Positions 1-12,140 of a DNA stretch of 64,000 nucleotides are shown here, piece after piece. The stretch is from Octopus sinensis (lineage: Eukaryota). The position numbers were made by a program, and so were the translations under genes. The stretch spans positions 94,240,001 through 94,304,000 of the forward strand of contig NC_042997.1 in NCBI RefSeq assembly GCF_006345805.1, read 5' to 3'. A model generated the notes under the pieces. The model did no database searches. It saw only the letters and a program-made list of their open reading frames with translations, and was not told the origin of the DNA. How positions within the stretch are numbered: position 1 is the stretch's first letter; the number at the start of each line of letters is the position of its first letter.

Positions 1-419
1 TTCAACCTACACAAGTTAATGTGTGAAAAGCAAAATAAGAATTTTGAAAGAAGTTCCTATAAAATTAGTCTTAATACACCGAATTGTTATGGGGGTCCAC
101 CAAAATAAAATAGTACTCAAAGGGATCCATAAATAAAAAAAAATGGTAGAGAAACTCTGTTACTCCAGTGCGGGGATTGTGGTACTGAAGTAGCAGCAGC
201 AGTTCTCCTCAAATGGTGCTATCAGTTGTGGATGGGCTAGGAATAGGTTTGCTGTAATAGTGATGAAAATAACTATCTGCATTGATATTGGTGATGGAGG
301 AAGTAGATGTCGTAGTAGTAGTGGTCAGTGCTGATATCTTGGGAGGTAACGGTATATCTCATAGTCGTTGTGATGATAATATCGGTCGTGGTAGCGGTGA
401 AATTGGTGTCAGTAAGTAA

Positions 420-652
420 AGTTACCTTCTCGAGTCATAAGGGCCGGTTTCCCAGTTTCCATCGCCTATGAATTCCTTATCTGTTACAGTAATCCATCAC
501 GGGATTACTCATCTTTGCCAGCTGAGTGGATGTGAGTAACGTGAAATGAAGTGTTTTGCTCATGAAAACAACGCGCTGCCCAGTCCAGGAATCGAAACTA
601 CAATCTTACAATGATGAGTCCAACACCCTAACCACTAAGCCAAGCGCTTCCA
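420..652 (-). mobile_element. tRNA-headed SINE, family C
   Basis: Reverse strand begins GTGGAAGCGCTTGGCTTAGTGGTTAGGGTG...GTTTCGATTCCTGG (A-box/B-box like). Body (GAGCAAAACACTTCATTTCACGTT) is shared with the copy at 57325-57566. Confidence 0.8.
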
Positions 653-686
653 CAGTTTGGTGCTTGTAGGCTTGATGAACTCACCG

Positions 687-687
<1 letters not shown>

Positions 688-779
<92 letters not shown>
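688..779. repeat. (ATCT)n microsatellite
   Basis: Pure tetranucleotide run; explains the 657..881 IYLS ORF. Confidence 0.97.
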
Positions 780-1363
780 ATTATCTTTCTATCTACCTCT
801 CTCTCTCTCTCTCTCTCTGTCTATCTGCTTTCAATAGAAGCGATGTCGCCCAATACTCCATTCTCGAGATGTGAGAGGTGAGTGCAATGCAAAGAGCGTG
901 TTCATGTAAAGAACGCAGAAGTAGTCAGCTAAATCAGTTCAGGTGGAGAAAAAATTATTTATTACGAAAATATAATCCCACGCTCCTGAAACAATAGAAG
1001 AAACGTGTCAAGTTCTCAATGACAGTTTCGATAATCTAGCGGAAGCATGTCAAAGGGTCATACCCACTTATGGAAACTCTATGGAGAATTGTATGAAGGA
1101 AAAGAAGAGAGCAGCATATCCTGCTAACCTAATAGGTTAGAAAAGATGATACTTCCTGATAATGCATTTGATGAGGCACATCCAAAAATCAAATCAATTT
1201 CCAATAAACTTCAAAGATAACATTATGTTAGATATCCTTGGAGAATTATTTTAAACTTATTTTTTAATAAAAATTTGTCTTTTTAACCTTATTTCATTTA
1301 ATTTTCGAGACACTAAGGGTTTAAAAAAGGTTTTAATTCATGTAATTTTTATTTAAAGAAATT

Positions 1364-1810
1364 CTGTATCACACCCAACCGTTTTATTCCTTTCTACTCT
1401 AGGCACAAGGCCTGAAATTTTTGGGGCGGGGCCAGTCGATAAAATTGACCTCAGTTCGCAGTTGGTACTTAATTTATCGACCCTGAAAGGATAAAAGGAA
1501 AAGTCGACCTCGGCGGAATTTGAACGTAAAGGCAGGCGCAATACCTGTTTCTTTACTACCCACAAGGGGCTAAACACAGAGAGGACAAACAAGGACAGAC
1601 AAACGGATTAAGTCGATCATATCGACCCCAGTGCGTAACTGGTTCTTATTTAATCGACCCCGAAAGGATGAAAGGCAAAGTCGACCTCGGCGGAATTTGA
1701 ACTCAGAACGTAGCGGCAGACGAAATACCTGTTTCTATACTACCCACAAGGGGCTAAACATAGAGGAGACAAACAAGGACAGACAAACGGATTAAGTAGA
1801 TTATATCGAC
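1364..1810 (-). mobile_element. Tandem array of 5'-truncated family A SINE bodies (about 184-bp period)
   Basis: The block AAAGTCGACCTCGGCGGAATTTGAAC occurs at about 1500 and 1678, and TGTTTCT(T/A)TACTACCCACAAGGGGCTAAACA at 1546 and 1730. The body matches family A copies at 44.3, 51.3 and 61.4 kb. Confidence 0.85.
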
Positions 1811-2671
1811 ATCAGTGCTATATCGACATGGTACTTGTATAATCGAGGTCGATAGAATAAGTGCCAGTTAAACACAAGTGCTGATGTAATCAACTCCGAA
1901 CCCCTCTAAAATTCCTGACTTTATGCCAAAATTTGAGTCCATTATCACCTGGAAATATATCAACATTTTTCCTGTCCAAACTCCAACCCTGACAGAACAT
2001 TTAGTATGCCGATCAAAATGTATAGCGGCATTTTGTGGTCCTCAAATTCCGTCGAGGCTGACTTTGCCCTTATCTTTTCGGTGTCGATAAAATAAATAGC
2101 AGTCAAGAACTCGTCTTGTGCCAAAATTTCAAAACATTATCCACTTAGTAGATTCTACTATATAAATGAGAATGTATGCGTGTCTGTATATGTGTATACC
2201 ACAGAAAGGCTCCGAAATGGTCTGTCCGAGAGAAAAAACGGACTTAATCTTCGCCATCTGCCTCCCAAAGAGATTGTTGTTTTTATTGGTAATCAAAAAA
2301 TATTATTTGCCTATCTGTTTATCTGCCTATCCCTCTCTTTTACGCCTTTTCCTTCTCTATATAAATTTACGTCGCTCTCCCCCATTCTCTTTGTACATGC
2401 TGCTTCCTCCTCTCTCTCTTCATATGACATGTAATGCAAGTCAGTCACGCGTCTACGTGACTCTCTCTATCTGTCTATCAGCCTCTCTGTCTTTTAGGCT
2501 TTTGTCATTGAAAACTTACACCTCTCTATATATGTTTACCACTCTTTCACTCTTTCTTGGTATATGTATACAGCTTACGCTGAGTGTGTGGATGTTTGTA
2601 TATGTATGGTCTGTCAGTGCATGCGTGTAGGGAATTTCATTAGGCTGACAGCGAGCTCAGAAGGTATCCGA

Positions 2672-3760
2672 TCAGAGAAAGAATAGACTTGATGCTATGC
2701 GAGCACGGACTTCATCAAGCGTCCAATCAAGTAGCCCAAATGTTGGTATGAGTACTGGCATTTCAAACACATTGTGGACCACTGTTTTATTGAATGCAGA
2801 GAGTTCTGATTTCCAAATTTTCTTTATTCGGCTGTAATTTTCTTTTAGTGACACGTGCTTTGTTACAGGTGTCATTGTAAGATATGTTTTCATCCACCCC
2901 CTAGATACCTTTAAAATTCTTTGTCAGATACAGGGAAAACAGTCAAACCATGGATGGGGATGTTACTAGTTTGGTTTATGGTTTCCTCCATTTTCACAAC
3001 CATATAACAACATTTATCCTGACCAAACTCCAGCCCTGCATCTTTGAGAATGTAATCAGTCGTAGTAGTGACTGTGTGGTAAGTAGATTGCTTACGAACC
3101 ACATGGTTCCGGGTTCAGTCCCACTGCGTGGCACCTTGGGCAAGTGTCTTCTACTATAGCCTCGGGCCGACCAAAGCCTTGCGAGTCGATTTGGTTGACG
3201 GAAACTGAAAGAAGCCCGTCGTATATATGTACATATTTGTGTGCATGTGGTGTATATGTTTGTGTGTCTGTGTTTGTTCCACTCCCAACATCGCTTGACA
3301 ACCGATGCTGGCGTGCTTATGTCCCCGTAACTTAGCGGTTCGGCAAAAGAAACCAATAGAATAAGTACTAGGTTTACAAAGAATAAGCCCTGGTGTTGAT
3401 TTGCTCGACTAAAGGCGGTGCTCCAGCATGGCCACAGTCAAATGACTGAAACAAATATAAGAGTAAAAGAGGCCAAGGCTCGTTTTCATCTCATGCATAT
3501 TCTTCGCACAGTTTTAAGTCATCCACACACATGCAAAAAAATAAACAGTATGTAATTTTCGTATTTCTGTCTCCAGCTGGGTATGTATCTATGTACGTAT
3601 GTATGTATGTATGAAGACAAGTAGGTAGAGAAGCCAGTAAGAATGGATGTACACATGACGACACTCGCAACAAATTCTTTCACACAACCCATCAACTTTA
3701 CCAGACAACTCCTGACAGAGAATCGTGTGAGACAAGATTGAATTCGCTGCCACATGTGTT
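2672..3760 (-). pseudogene. Decayed RT fragment of an R4/Dong-like non-LTR retrotransposon, interrupted by a SINE
   Basis: Minus-strand peptides ITYCLF..VDDLKL (3509-3526), GLEFGQDKC, RYLG/VDENISY and RIKKIWKSELSAFNK..HNVFEMPVLIPTFGLLDWT are collinear with R4-clade RT motif C and thumb. Confidence 0.7.
3061..3470 (+). mobile_element. tRNA-headed SINE, family B (nested in the R4/Dong relic)
   Basis: GTGACTGTGTGGTAAG...GGTTCAGTCCCACTGCGTGGCACCTTGGGCAAGTGTCTT...GGCGGTGCTCCAGCATGGCC..AGTCAAATGACTGAAAC; about 8 related copies in the window. CCTTGGGCAAGT resembles the MIR/CORE motif. Confidence 0.9.
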
Positions 3761-4109
3761 TCAAAGCAAATTATCTAATCACGCGGTCACGTGTGCCTTC
3801 GTTGCAGATGCATATGCAGTACAAAAAAAAAAAAAAAATCTATCCAAACTTCAATTTATGTATAACTCCAAGTATTTGAAAATATTTTCTAATTAATTTT
3901 CCAAGAATTTTCCCACCAATCAATTCTTATCTGTTGATCGAACGAATTTCTTTTTGTTTGCAACACATCAAAGTTGATTTATTTCATTATTGAACCCAAA
4001 TCCCTTAGATGAGTAGATATTATTGCTCTAAAATACAACCCATACTCCTTTCCATCCATCCATCCCTTTTGACCAACTCTCTCTCTCTCTCCCACTGTAC
4101 CTCTTTGGT

Positions 4110-4300
4110 CACTTCTTTCTTTCTTCCATTCTTTCTTTCTTTCTTTTTTTCTTTCTTTCTTCCATTCTTTCTTTCTTTCTTTTTTTCTTTCTTTCTTTCT
4201 TTCTTTCTTTCTTTTTTTCTTTCTTTCTTTCTATCCTCTTTCTTTCATTCTCCATTTTCTCACCTCACTTCTCCTTTCTCTCTCTGTCTCTGTCCGTCAG

Positions 4301-4376
<76 letters not shown>

Positions 4377-4902
4377 GTATGAGGTATGCTTGCACACATT
4401 CGCACACATGCACACGCACGCACAGTCACACAGACACAGACACACACACACAGATACACACACACACACATACACACACACGTATACATAGATTGATAAA
4501 TGCATAAATTAGATAAACAGACAGACAAATAGATTGCTTGATCTATATACACACTTGTATTTTTCACCTTTCACTTGTTTATGTATGTACGCATGTTGTA
4601 TGTATGTATGTATGTATGTATGTATGTATGTATTATGTATGTATGTATGTATGAATGTATTTATTTATGTATGTATGTATGCATGCGTGTATGCTTGTAT
4701 GTATATATGTGTGCATGTATGTATGCATGCAAGTATACACATATATAAATGCATATATAAAGCGTGTATATATAAATATTGCATATATATAGGAATGGAT
4801 ATATATGTATAATGTATATATATATATATATGTATTATATATGCACACACACACATATGTATATACATATATATATATATAATATATATATATAATATAT
4901 AT

Positions 4903-4954
<52 letters not shown>

Positions 4955-5090
4955 GTATGTGTGTGTGAGTGTGCATATATATATACATACACTTAGAAAG
5001 ACACTTAGATATGCAGTTAGATAGACATACGTTTGTATTATTGGGCTTTACTTGTTTATGTATGTACATGTATGTATATATGTATGTGTG
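4110..5090. repeat. Compound microsatellite block (TTTC, CT, TA, CA, TATG)
   Basis: Visible simple repeats; source of several spurious ORFs. Confidence 0.95.
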
Positions 5091-5356
5091 TGCGCGTGAT
5101 TCTCTGGGTTTATGAATGTAAGCATTTGAGTGTGGGTAAGTGTATGTGTAGCCCCAAGTGAATGTCTCTTAGAATGCGTAGGGTGTGGGTCCGTGCAACT
5201 TTGGTTTCATGGCTTCGTTTCAATTATTCTTATTGATTTCCAAGTATATTTCATTTACGCGTAACACATCTTCCCACATACTGTGTATGTACATATATAT
5301 ATACATATATACATATACACACATACATATATACACACCCATCTGCGTGTGCAGAG

Positions 5357-5524
5357 AGATAGGATAGAATAGTGGGAGAAAAGGAGGTAAAAGAATACGA
5401 CAGAGAAAGAGAGAAAAAGAATAAGAGAAAGAGAAAGAGAGAAAGAGTAAAAAGATCGTATAGAGTGCTCATCAGAATTATTAAGATAAAACTTACTTGC
5501 ATAAGGATGCGTGGCATTCAGTCA
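5357..5524. repeat. Dispersed repeat terminus abutting a microsatellite (second copy at 50633-50779)
   Basis: GGATAGAATAGTGGGAGAA..GAAAGAGTAAAAAGATCGTATAGAGTGC.CATCA.AATTATTAAGAT.AAACTTACTTG..AGGATGCGTGG..TTCA.TCATA occurs twice, ending at (TA)n here and at (TAA)n at 50.8 kb. Confidence 0.75.
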
Positions 5525-5599
5525 TATATATATATATATATTATATATATATATATAATATAATATATATATATATATATATAATATATATATTATATA

Positions 5600-5653
<54 letters not shown>

Positions 5654-5654
<1 letters not shown>

Positions 5655-7670
5655 ACGGGAAGCTTTATGAAAATAGACAAAAGACGAAGGCAGGTGGAAA
5701 TCAAACAAACAATTGTATTAGTATGGCGCTCAGGAAATATAAATAAAACAAGTCTTTAACGTTTCGAGCCTACGCTCTTCAACAGAAAGATACACAGAGA
5801 AAAAAAACACAGAAAGAAGGAGAGAAAAAAATGCGTGCAGTAACTAACGAATCAACATGGCGATCTGATTTCGGCCAGAAGTCAAAGATCAAACATGAGA
5901 CGCGAGAGCGAAATTAGGGGAGATAATAGGGTTGAATGACCTACTCCAACATAAGGGTGTGTGTGTGTGTGTGTGTATGAGAGAGTATTAGTGCGTATGA
6001 GAGTCTGGACGTGCGTATGTGTATAGGGTTGGTGTATGTATTAGTATGTATTAGTATGTATTAGTATGTATTAGTTGGTGTATGTATTAGTATGGCACAT
6101 CATATATGATGTGATGTGTAAAGTCGTGTGGTGTAGTAGTGTGGAAAGAGAGAAGAGGGGGAGGAGAGGAGGGGGCGGGGGAGAAGGAAGGGGGAGAGGG
6201 GAAGGGGAGAGAAGGGGAGTGAGGGAGCAGAGGGAGGGGAAGAGGGAAGGAGGGAGGGAGAAAGAGAGGAAGAAGGGAAGGGAGAGTAGGGGTGAAAGGA
6301 TGAAGGACTGAAGAGAAGTAGGGGTGGGGGGAAAAGTAGGTGAGGAGGGGGAGGAGAGGGGGGTTAGATGAGGAGGGGGTAGAGTTGAGACAAATGGCGT
6401 ATAAGAGCGAAGAGAGAGAAGATAATTCCTGTTCACGGCGCAAACGGGAATCCGGATGGCCTCTGTGTAAGGACAAACCGAACACAGACAGGTGTTGCAA
6501 GGAGTGACCGGTGGAGCAGAAATGGCGTGAGACCGGTGTGTCGTTCGCAAGGTGGATGTCACGAAGGTGTTCCGCGAACCGGTCAGCCAAGCGGCGTTCC
6601 GTTTGTCCGATGTACAAGGAATGGCAGAGAGAGCAAGAGACGCAATAGATAATATTGCTGGAGGTGCAGGTGAAGGAGTTGATGATGCGATAGGGTCGAT
6701 GATGGGTGCTAGTGAGGAGGGTGGTGTTGGAGAGGTAAGGGCAAGTGCGGCAACGTGGGCGGGAGCAGGGGAACGAGCCGGGTTGGGAGGTAGGGTCAGG
6801 GAAGGAGCTATGGACCAAAAGGTCTCGAAGGTTGTGGGCTCGTTTGAAAGAGGGGAGGGGTCGGTTAGGGAAGAGGTGTGAAGTGGACGGGTCGGACTGG
6901 AGATGACGGAAAGCTCGAAGAATGGTGCGTTGGAGACGTAGGGTCGTGTGGGGTGGTAGTGAGGGGAAAAGGGAGGCGGGAGACTACAGGGCGGGTTCGG
7001 GGAGAGAGAGCAGATACACGGTCCACGGACCGTGCTCTGGCAAGGGCGGTGTGGATAGTGGTGAGGGGGTATCCACGTAGGGTGAAGTGGTGAGCCATAC
7101 GTTGAGACTGAGTCTCAAGTCATGGTCGTCACTACAGAGCCTACGTAGACGGGGGAATTGGGAATAGGGGATGGAAAGCTTGGTGTGTTCTGGGTGGGAG
7201 GAAGAGAAGTTGAGGTATGAGTGTGAGTCTGTGTGTTTGTAGTGAATGGAGGTGGTAAGAGTGGAGTGAAGAATGCTAACCGAAATGTCGAGGAAGGAGA
7301 CAGAGGTGTTGGAGATAGTGGAAGTGAAGTGGAGGGCTGGATGGAAAGATTGGACGAAAGAGAGGAAGGAATCTAGATGTTCACGGGAGAGTGAGGTGGC
7401 ACCGATAATGTCGTCAATGTACCGACCATATAGTTCAGGAGTGGGACCAGTGAAATTAGAGAATATTTGGGCCTCGACATAGCCAACGAACAGGTTCGCA
7501 TAGTTGGGGCCCATTTGCGTTCCCATGGCCACTCCCGAGACCTGATGGTAGAACTCGCCCGCGAACGAGAAGCAGTTCAGAGTAAGGACAAGTTCGGCCA
7601 GACGAATGAGTGTGGAGGTGTCAGGTTCAGGCTTGGAGCGGAGGTCAAGAAAGTGTCGAAGGGCCTGCAG
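5654..7670 (-). mobile_element. Penelope-like retroelement, Neptune-type (RT plus C-terminal GIY-YIG), 5'-truncated and frameshifted, inside (TA)n
   Basis: RT motifs HQVSGVAMGTQMGPNYANLF and RYIDD (7410-7421), FLDISV, linker FKRAHNLRDLLVHS, Cys-rich CSRPRCRTC, then NIIYCVSCSLCHSLYIGQTERRLADRFAEH (YIGQT at 6600-6614). (TA)n lies on both sides (5524-5653, 7671-7749). Confidence 0.92.
5753..5790 (-). ncRNA. Minimal type I hammerhead-ribozyme-like motif in the PLE terminus
   Basis: Minus strand UCUUU-CUGUUGA-A-GAGC(GUAG)GCUC-GAAAC-GUU-AAAGA: helix I 5 bp, helix II 4 bp, palindromic ACGU helix III. The core deviates from CUGANGA at position 6 and has one extra A. Confidence 0.6.
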
Positions 7671-7693
7671 TATATATATATTATATATATATA

Positions 7694-7752
<59 letters not shown>

Positions 7753-8384
7753 ATACATATATATATGCATATATACATACGTATATGTACATACTTACCT
7801 GTAGACCTATATATATAAAGAGATAGATAGACAGATATGGATCAAAATAGCTTAACTCAAACGTTTTGGTGCTCTGAGTTTCAAGCGTGTCGCTAGTCTA
7901 TGGGCATCGGATATACATATATATATGTGTGTGTGTAAGTGTGTGTGTGTGTGTGTGGTGTGTATGCTTATAAAGTTTTCACCTCTGACCACACTATGTA
8001 ATCTAAAGCAATATTGTAAGTTACAACCACATTGTTTCCTGTGTTCATTGAGTTTCTTGTCTATTGTGCTATTTGAGAGACAATTGGCTGCTATTTCTGC
8101 CAGATCAGCTGACCAACTATAGACTTATTTGGATACATGCACTGTTGTTGCATCGCTGTAAGTTATCTGTGATCGCACTCAATAATGGTGAAATATGTTC
8201 CAGATTTCGACTTATTCCTGACATGGTATGTAAGGACTACGTTATCCAATGCCTCTTTTCTTATTATTTTAAGTAGGTGGCCTTAGGTTTTGATGCTGGT
8301 CTGGTACTTATTTCTAGCAAGCCGCACAACCAGGTAGCAGCTCCCACATTGACTTGCTGCTTTGTATTCTTATTTAGGCTTGTC

Positions 8385-8720
8385 TTCCTTCCTTCATTCC
8401 GTCCTTCCTTCCTTCCTTCCTTCCTTCTTCCTTCCTTCCTTGCTTCCTTCCTTCCTTCCCTCCCTCCCTCCTTCCTTCCTTTCGTCCTTCCTTCCTTCCT
8501 CCTTCCTTCCTTCCTTCCCTCCCTCCTTCCTTCCTTCCTTCCCTCCCTCCTTCCTTCCTTCCCTCCCTCCTTCCTTCCTTCCTTCCTTCAATCCTTCCTC
8601 CTTCCTTCCTTCCTTCCTTCCTTCCTTCCTTCCTTCCTTCTTTCTCCTTCCTTCCTCCCTCCTTCCTTCCTTCCTTCCTTCCTTCCTTCCTTCAATTCTT
8701 CCTTCCTTCCTTCCTCCCTC
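8385..8720. repeat. (TTCC)n/(CCTT)n microsatellite
   Basis: Visible repeat; explains the PSFL/GRKE ORFs. Confidence 0.96.
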
Positions 8721-9501
8721 ATTCATGTTTTTCTCCAAAAAATGTTTGCATTTCATTCCCTAAACTGAATGTTTGTTTATTTATTTATTTATTCATTTAT
8801 TTATTTATTCATTTATTTACTTATTTGTGAGTATTTATTTATTTATGCATCCATTCATTTATCTATTTAAAGAATTTGTTAAAGCTCAACTTCGCCATAT
8901 ATTTTGTTTACAAGATTTCTTTCAGCTACCTTTGTTATGTGGCATAAAATCTCACCTTAGATCACCTGTTTCGTATATATTTTACTTTGAACCATCACTG
9001 ATGACGTAGGCGAGTTGTCATAGAGACGAAGTTCATACCATTCCTACTTTTTATACTGTAAATGCGCCTTTAAAAATGTTCAATATCTCTCTACCACCCC
9101 ACTCTCCGTTTCTTTCTTCTTTTTCTCTCACTCGCCTTCTCTTTGTGTCTGTTCTCTTCCTCTGTGACATTCTCTGCTCTCTCTCTCTCCCCTGCTATCG
9201 CTTATCTCTTTTGATGTTGTCTTCCTTCCTTTATTTCTTGCGTTCTGTTTAATCCGTACACCCCGCTACATTCAAGAAAATGAATGTTTATCTCGAAGGA
9301 AAACGCTCCAATGTATTACACGCAACCATCTAATTCTCGAATTATTCACCTGCGTATATTTTTATTTAACTTCTTAGCAACTACTCTCCGATGTAACTAG
9401 GTTCTTTTTCTCTGCTAAAATTCCTCTACATGCAACACACTCCCACTCAATTTATATGTGTGTGTGTGTGCTCGTGTGTGTATGTACGTATGCATGCATA
9501 C

Positions 9502-9534
<33 letters not shown>

Positions 9535-9623
9535 TGTATGTATGTATGTATGTATGTTTGTATGTATGTATCAGGCATAGACGCTCTTCTATTCAATCTT
9601 TGCTGAATGGATATTCATATCCA

Positions 9624-9655
<32 letters not shown>

Positions 9656-9942
9656 ACTTTCTTTCTTTCTATCTGTCAATGCATCTCTCCTCCCTCTCAC
9701 TCTCCTTGCCCTGTGACTGCCTGTTTATGTATCATTGTATATCTCTACATACTAGCACGCACGTGCACACTCATATATAGATTATTTTATTGGTCACAAA
9801 GGAATTCTATTTATGAAGAATGAGGAAGTACAAAAGCATGCACGTATGTAATACACACACTCCACATTCATATATATATATATATATATGCACACACATA
9901 TGTATATATGTTTATTATGTATGTGTACACAAACACACGTAT

Positions 9943-10043
<101 letters not shown>

Positions 10044-10699
10044 TTATATATATAAATGCCACAGAACCTCCCAAAATCAGAAGCTGTTACCCTAGCCTAA
10101 TAAGATTATCTGTGAAGTCAATCAAACAATATCAGTATACGTAATCACCATACACATGGAACCTCAAAACTTATGGGAATGAGGGATAGCTCAGAATAAC
10201 GAGATCCCAAATGGAAATGATTCTCGAACAAACATATCAAGCACATATTCCAATTTTCAATTGCCTAACTGTTATCATTACGATTTCGACACCTGGGACA
10301 TACCATTTAATCCGGTAGTGTTAAAGATATAGACGCTGTCTGGGAATCAACAAACATTTAGCAGGAGTGAAACAATAGCGTAATATGCACATTAGGCCAA
10401 AACCTGCTTATTATCATTATAAATAACAACATTATATATAAAGAAAATAGTATTAAATTATAGCTATAAAAATAGAAATTAAAAGATATCTATAAAACAA
10501 ATCATTCCTCCCACAATGGACAATGTGATCTATAAAGGCTATTGTACAAAATTGAGCGAGCAAACTAAACTAAAAAAATTGCAGCTAAAATTTAAATTTG
10601 AATATTAAAACAATAATATTTTATTATAGTTTACAAATAACACTATACTTATTTAAGTAGAATTTGGCTAATTTACCACCTTAAATACAGAAAGAAGGG

Positions 10700-12140
10700 A
10701 CTAATTAGACAAACTTACAAATTAGCTGAATAGTTTTGTGCAATAAATTTAAAATATGAGTACTGTAAAGAGTGATAAATTAGAAGAACTGGCATTCTTT
10801 GCTGCAATATTTTAAGGAAAAAATTCTTCTCCTTACTTTACTAGAAGTAATAGCTTATCCTATTCTTTTAAAGGTATAATAACTTGTTCTGTACTTTTCC
10901 AGGTTTATAATCTTAAGAATATTACTTTTTCTTTTTCCATGTAATAACAAATTATATGCCCAAGAAGAAGGCGCGGCCATCTGTGTAACAATCACTGGCG
11001 ATATATTTAACTTATTTATTGTATGTTGGGATAGGAAACTCAAAGATCAATTATCAACATAGTGGAAAAACCCCCACCACCAAGACAGTGCCTATAATAA
11101 TCCAACAAATAGTTAACTACATCTACCAGAGTATCAAAGTAATACTAGCTTACCCTAGCAGCAACCTTACTATAGACTAACGGTCTTAGACACAGAAATC
11201 TGGCTGGAAACTAAGGATGATAAGGTCCAGATCCTTCATTCCTACTATGCCAAACTCACAGCTTCTAAATACTTGGTCCACAAGAGCGAAGCTATTGCGG
11301 ACAACATCAAGTTTAATATCCTAATAGCAGGCTTGGTAAGAGTGAATAGAAATGTGTCCCGCATGTGCGACACAACAGAATTAGAAAGACATACAACACT
11401 TCAATCACCACACTCAGTTCTCTGGCTACAGTCAAAGAATTAGGATCAAATGAGCCAGGGCTAAATACAAGACCATTATAGAGAATGATGTAAATGGAAT
11501 CTTCCTGCTATACAGGAGTAAATCCTAGAATAGCATAGAAAGGACCATGAAGAAGATAGATAAGGCCAACACATGGTATGGTAACCGAAAATACCAGAGT
11601 ATCATGTCCACAGATGCTATCCCTGACGTCGAAATAGCATACATTTTTAGGAAAACATTAGATAAGATGAATCTATAGATTAAAATAGCCGAAAAGCTAG
11701 AAATCTCCTTAAAATACTTGGTCTGTAGAACTTATCTATTTTGAAAACTCCACCGCCCATGTACGGCTAAGAATTGGAGAGTGTATAGGATGAACCCACT
11801 GTTTAACTGTAAGATTAGTAATGTATTCTATAAGCATACGGTGTACTGAGGAACTGTGCAGAAACAGGACATCAATATACATTAATGAAACAGTACGTAG
11901 CATAGAGGAGCGGATCGGTGAAGACTTGTGGGAGGTCAAGGAGGAGAAAAGCTCGTTAGTTCTCTATCAGCATGCTTAATTAGAACATATAGGCTCGGTT
12001 AATAACATAGATGTTAAGATACTATCAACACATGGAACAAATACGAAAATTAGAGAGATTACAGAAGCCACACACATAGTAATAGACATAGTAATAGAAA
12101 ATATGAATGGTGCAATAACGTCCCTCCACTACACTACGCA
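10700..12140 (+). pseudogene. Decayed Penelope-like element of a second lineage (RT plus C-terminal GIY-YIG)
   Basis: NKLYAQEEGAAICVTITGDIFNLFIVCWDRKLK (motif B, about 10961), VLDTEIW..YYAKLTASKYLVH..K.NIL..SGY (thumb), WYGNRKYQS..IKIAEK linker, YINETVRSIEERIGED..H..H..VKIL..IREITEA (GIY-YIG, 11878 onward); many stops. Confidence 0.75.

Noticed and set aside
3061-3140. tRNA-like sequences (also at about 580-652, 36913, 53640-53720, 55120-55205)
   Set aside because: A/B boxes are present but run straight into SINE bodies; no complete cloverleaf was seen, so they are called SINE heads, not tRNA genes.
5524-5653. Recurring single-base phase shifts (TAAT/ATTA) within long (TA)n runs throughout the window
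   Set aside because: Equally well explained by slippage or long-read indel error; no consistent higher-order period is visible.
8100-8335. Several small AG/GT-bounded open segments (for example VALGFDAGLVLISSKPHNQ)
   Set aside because: Their phases do not join without a stop, one implied intron is only about 45 nt, and the splice sites are weak.
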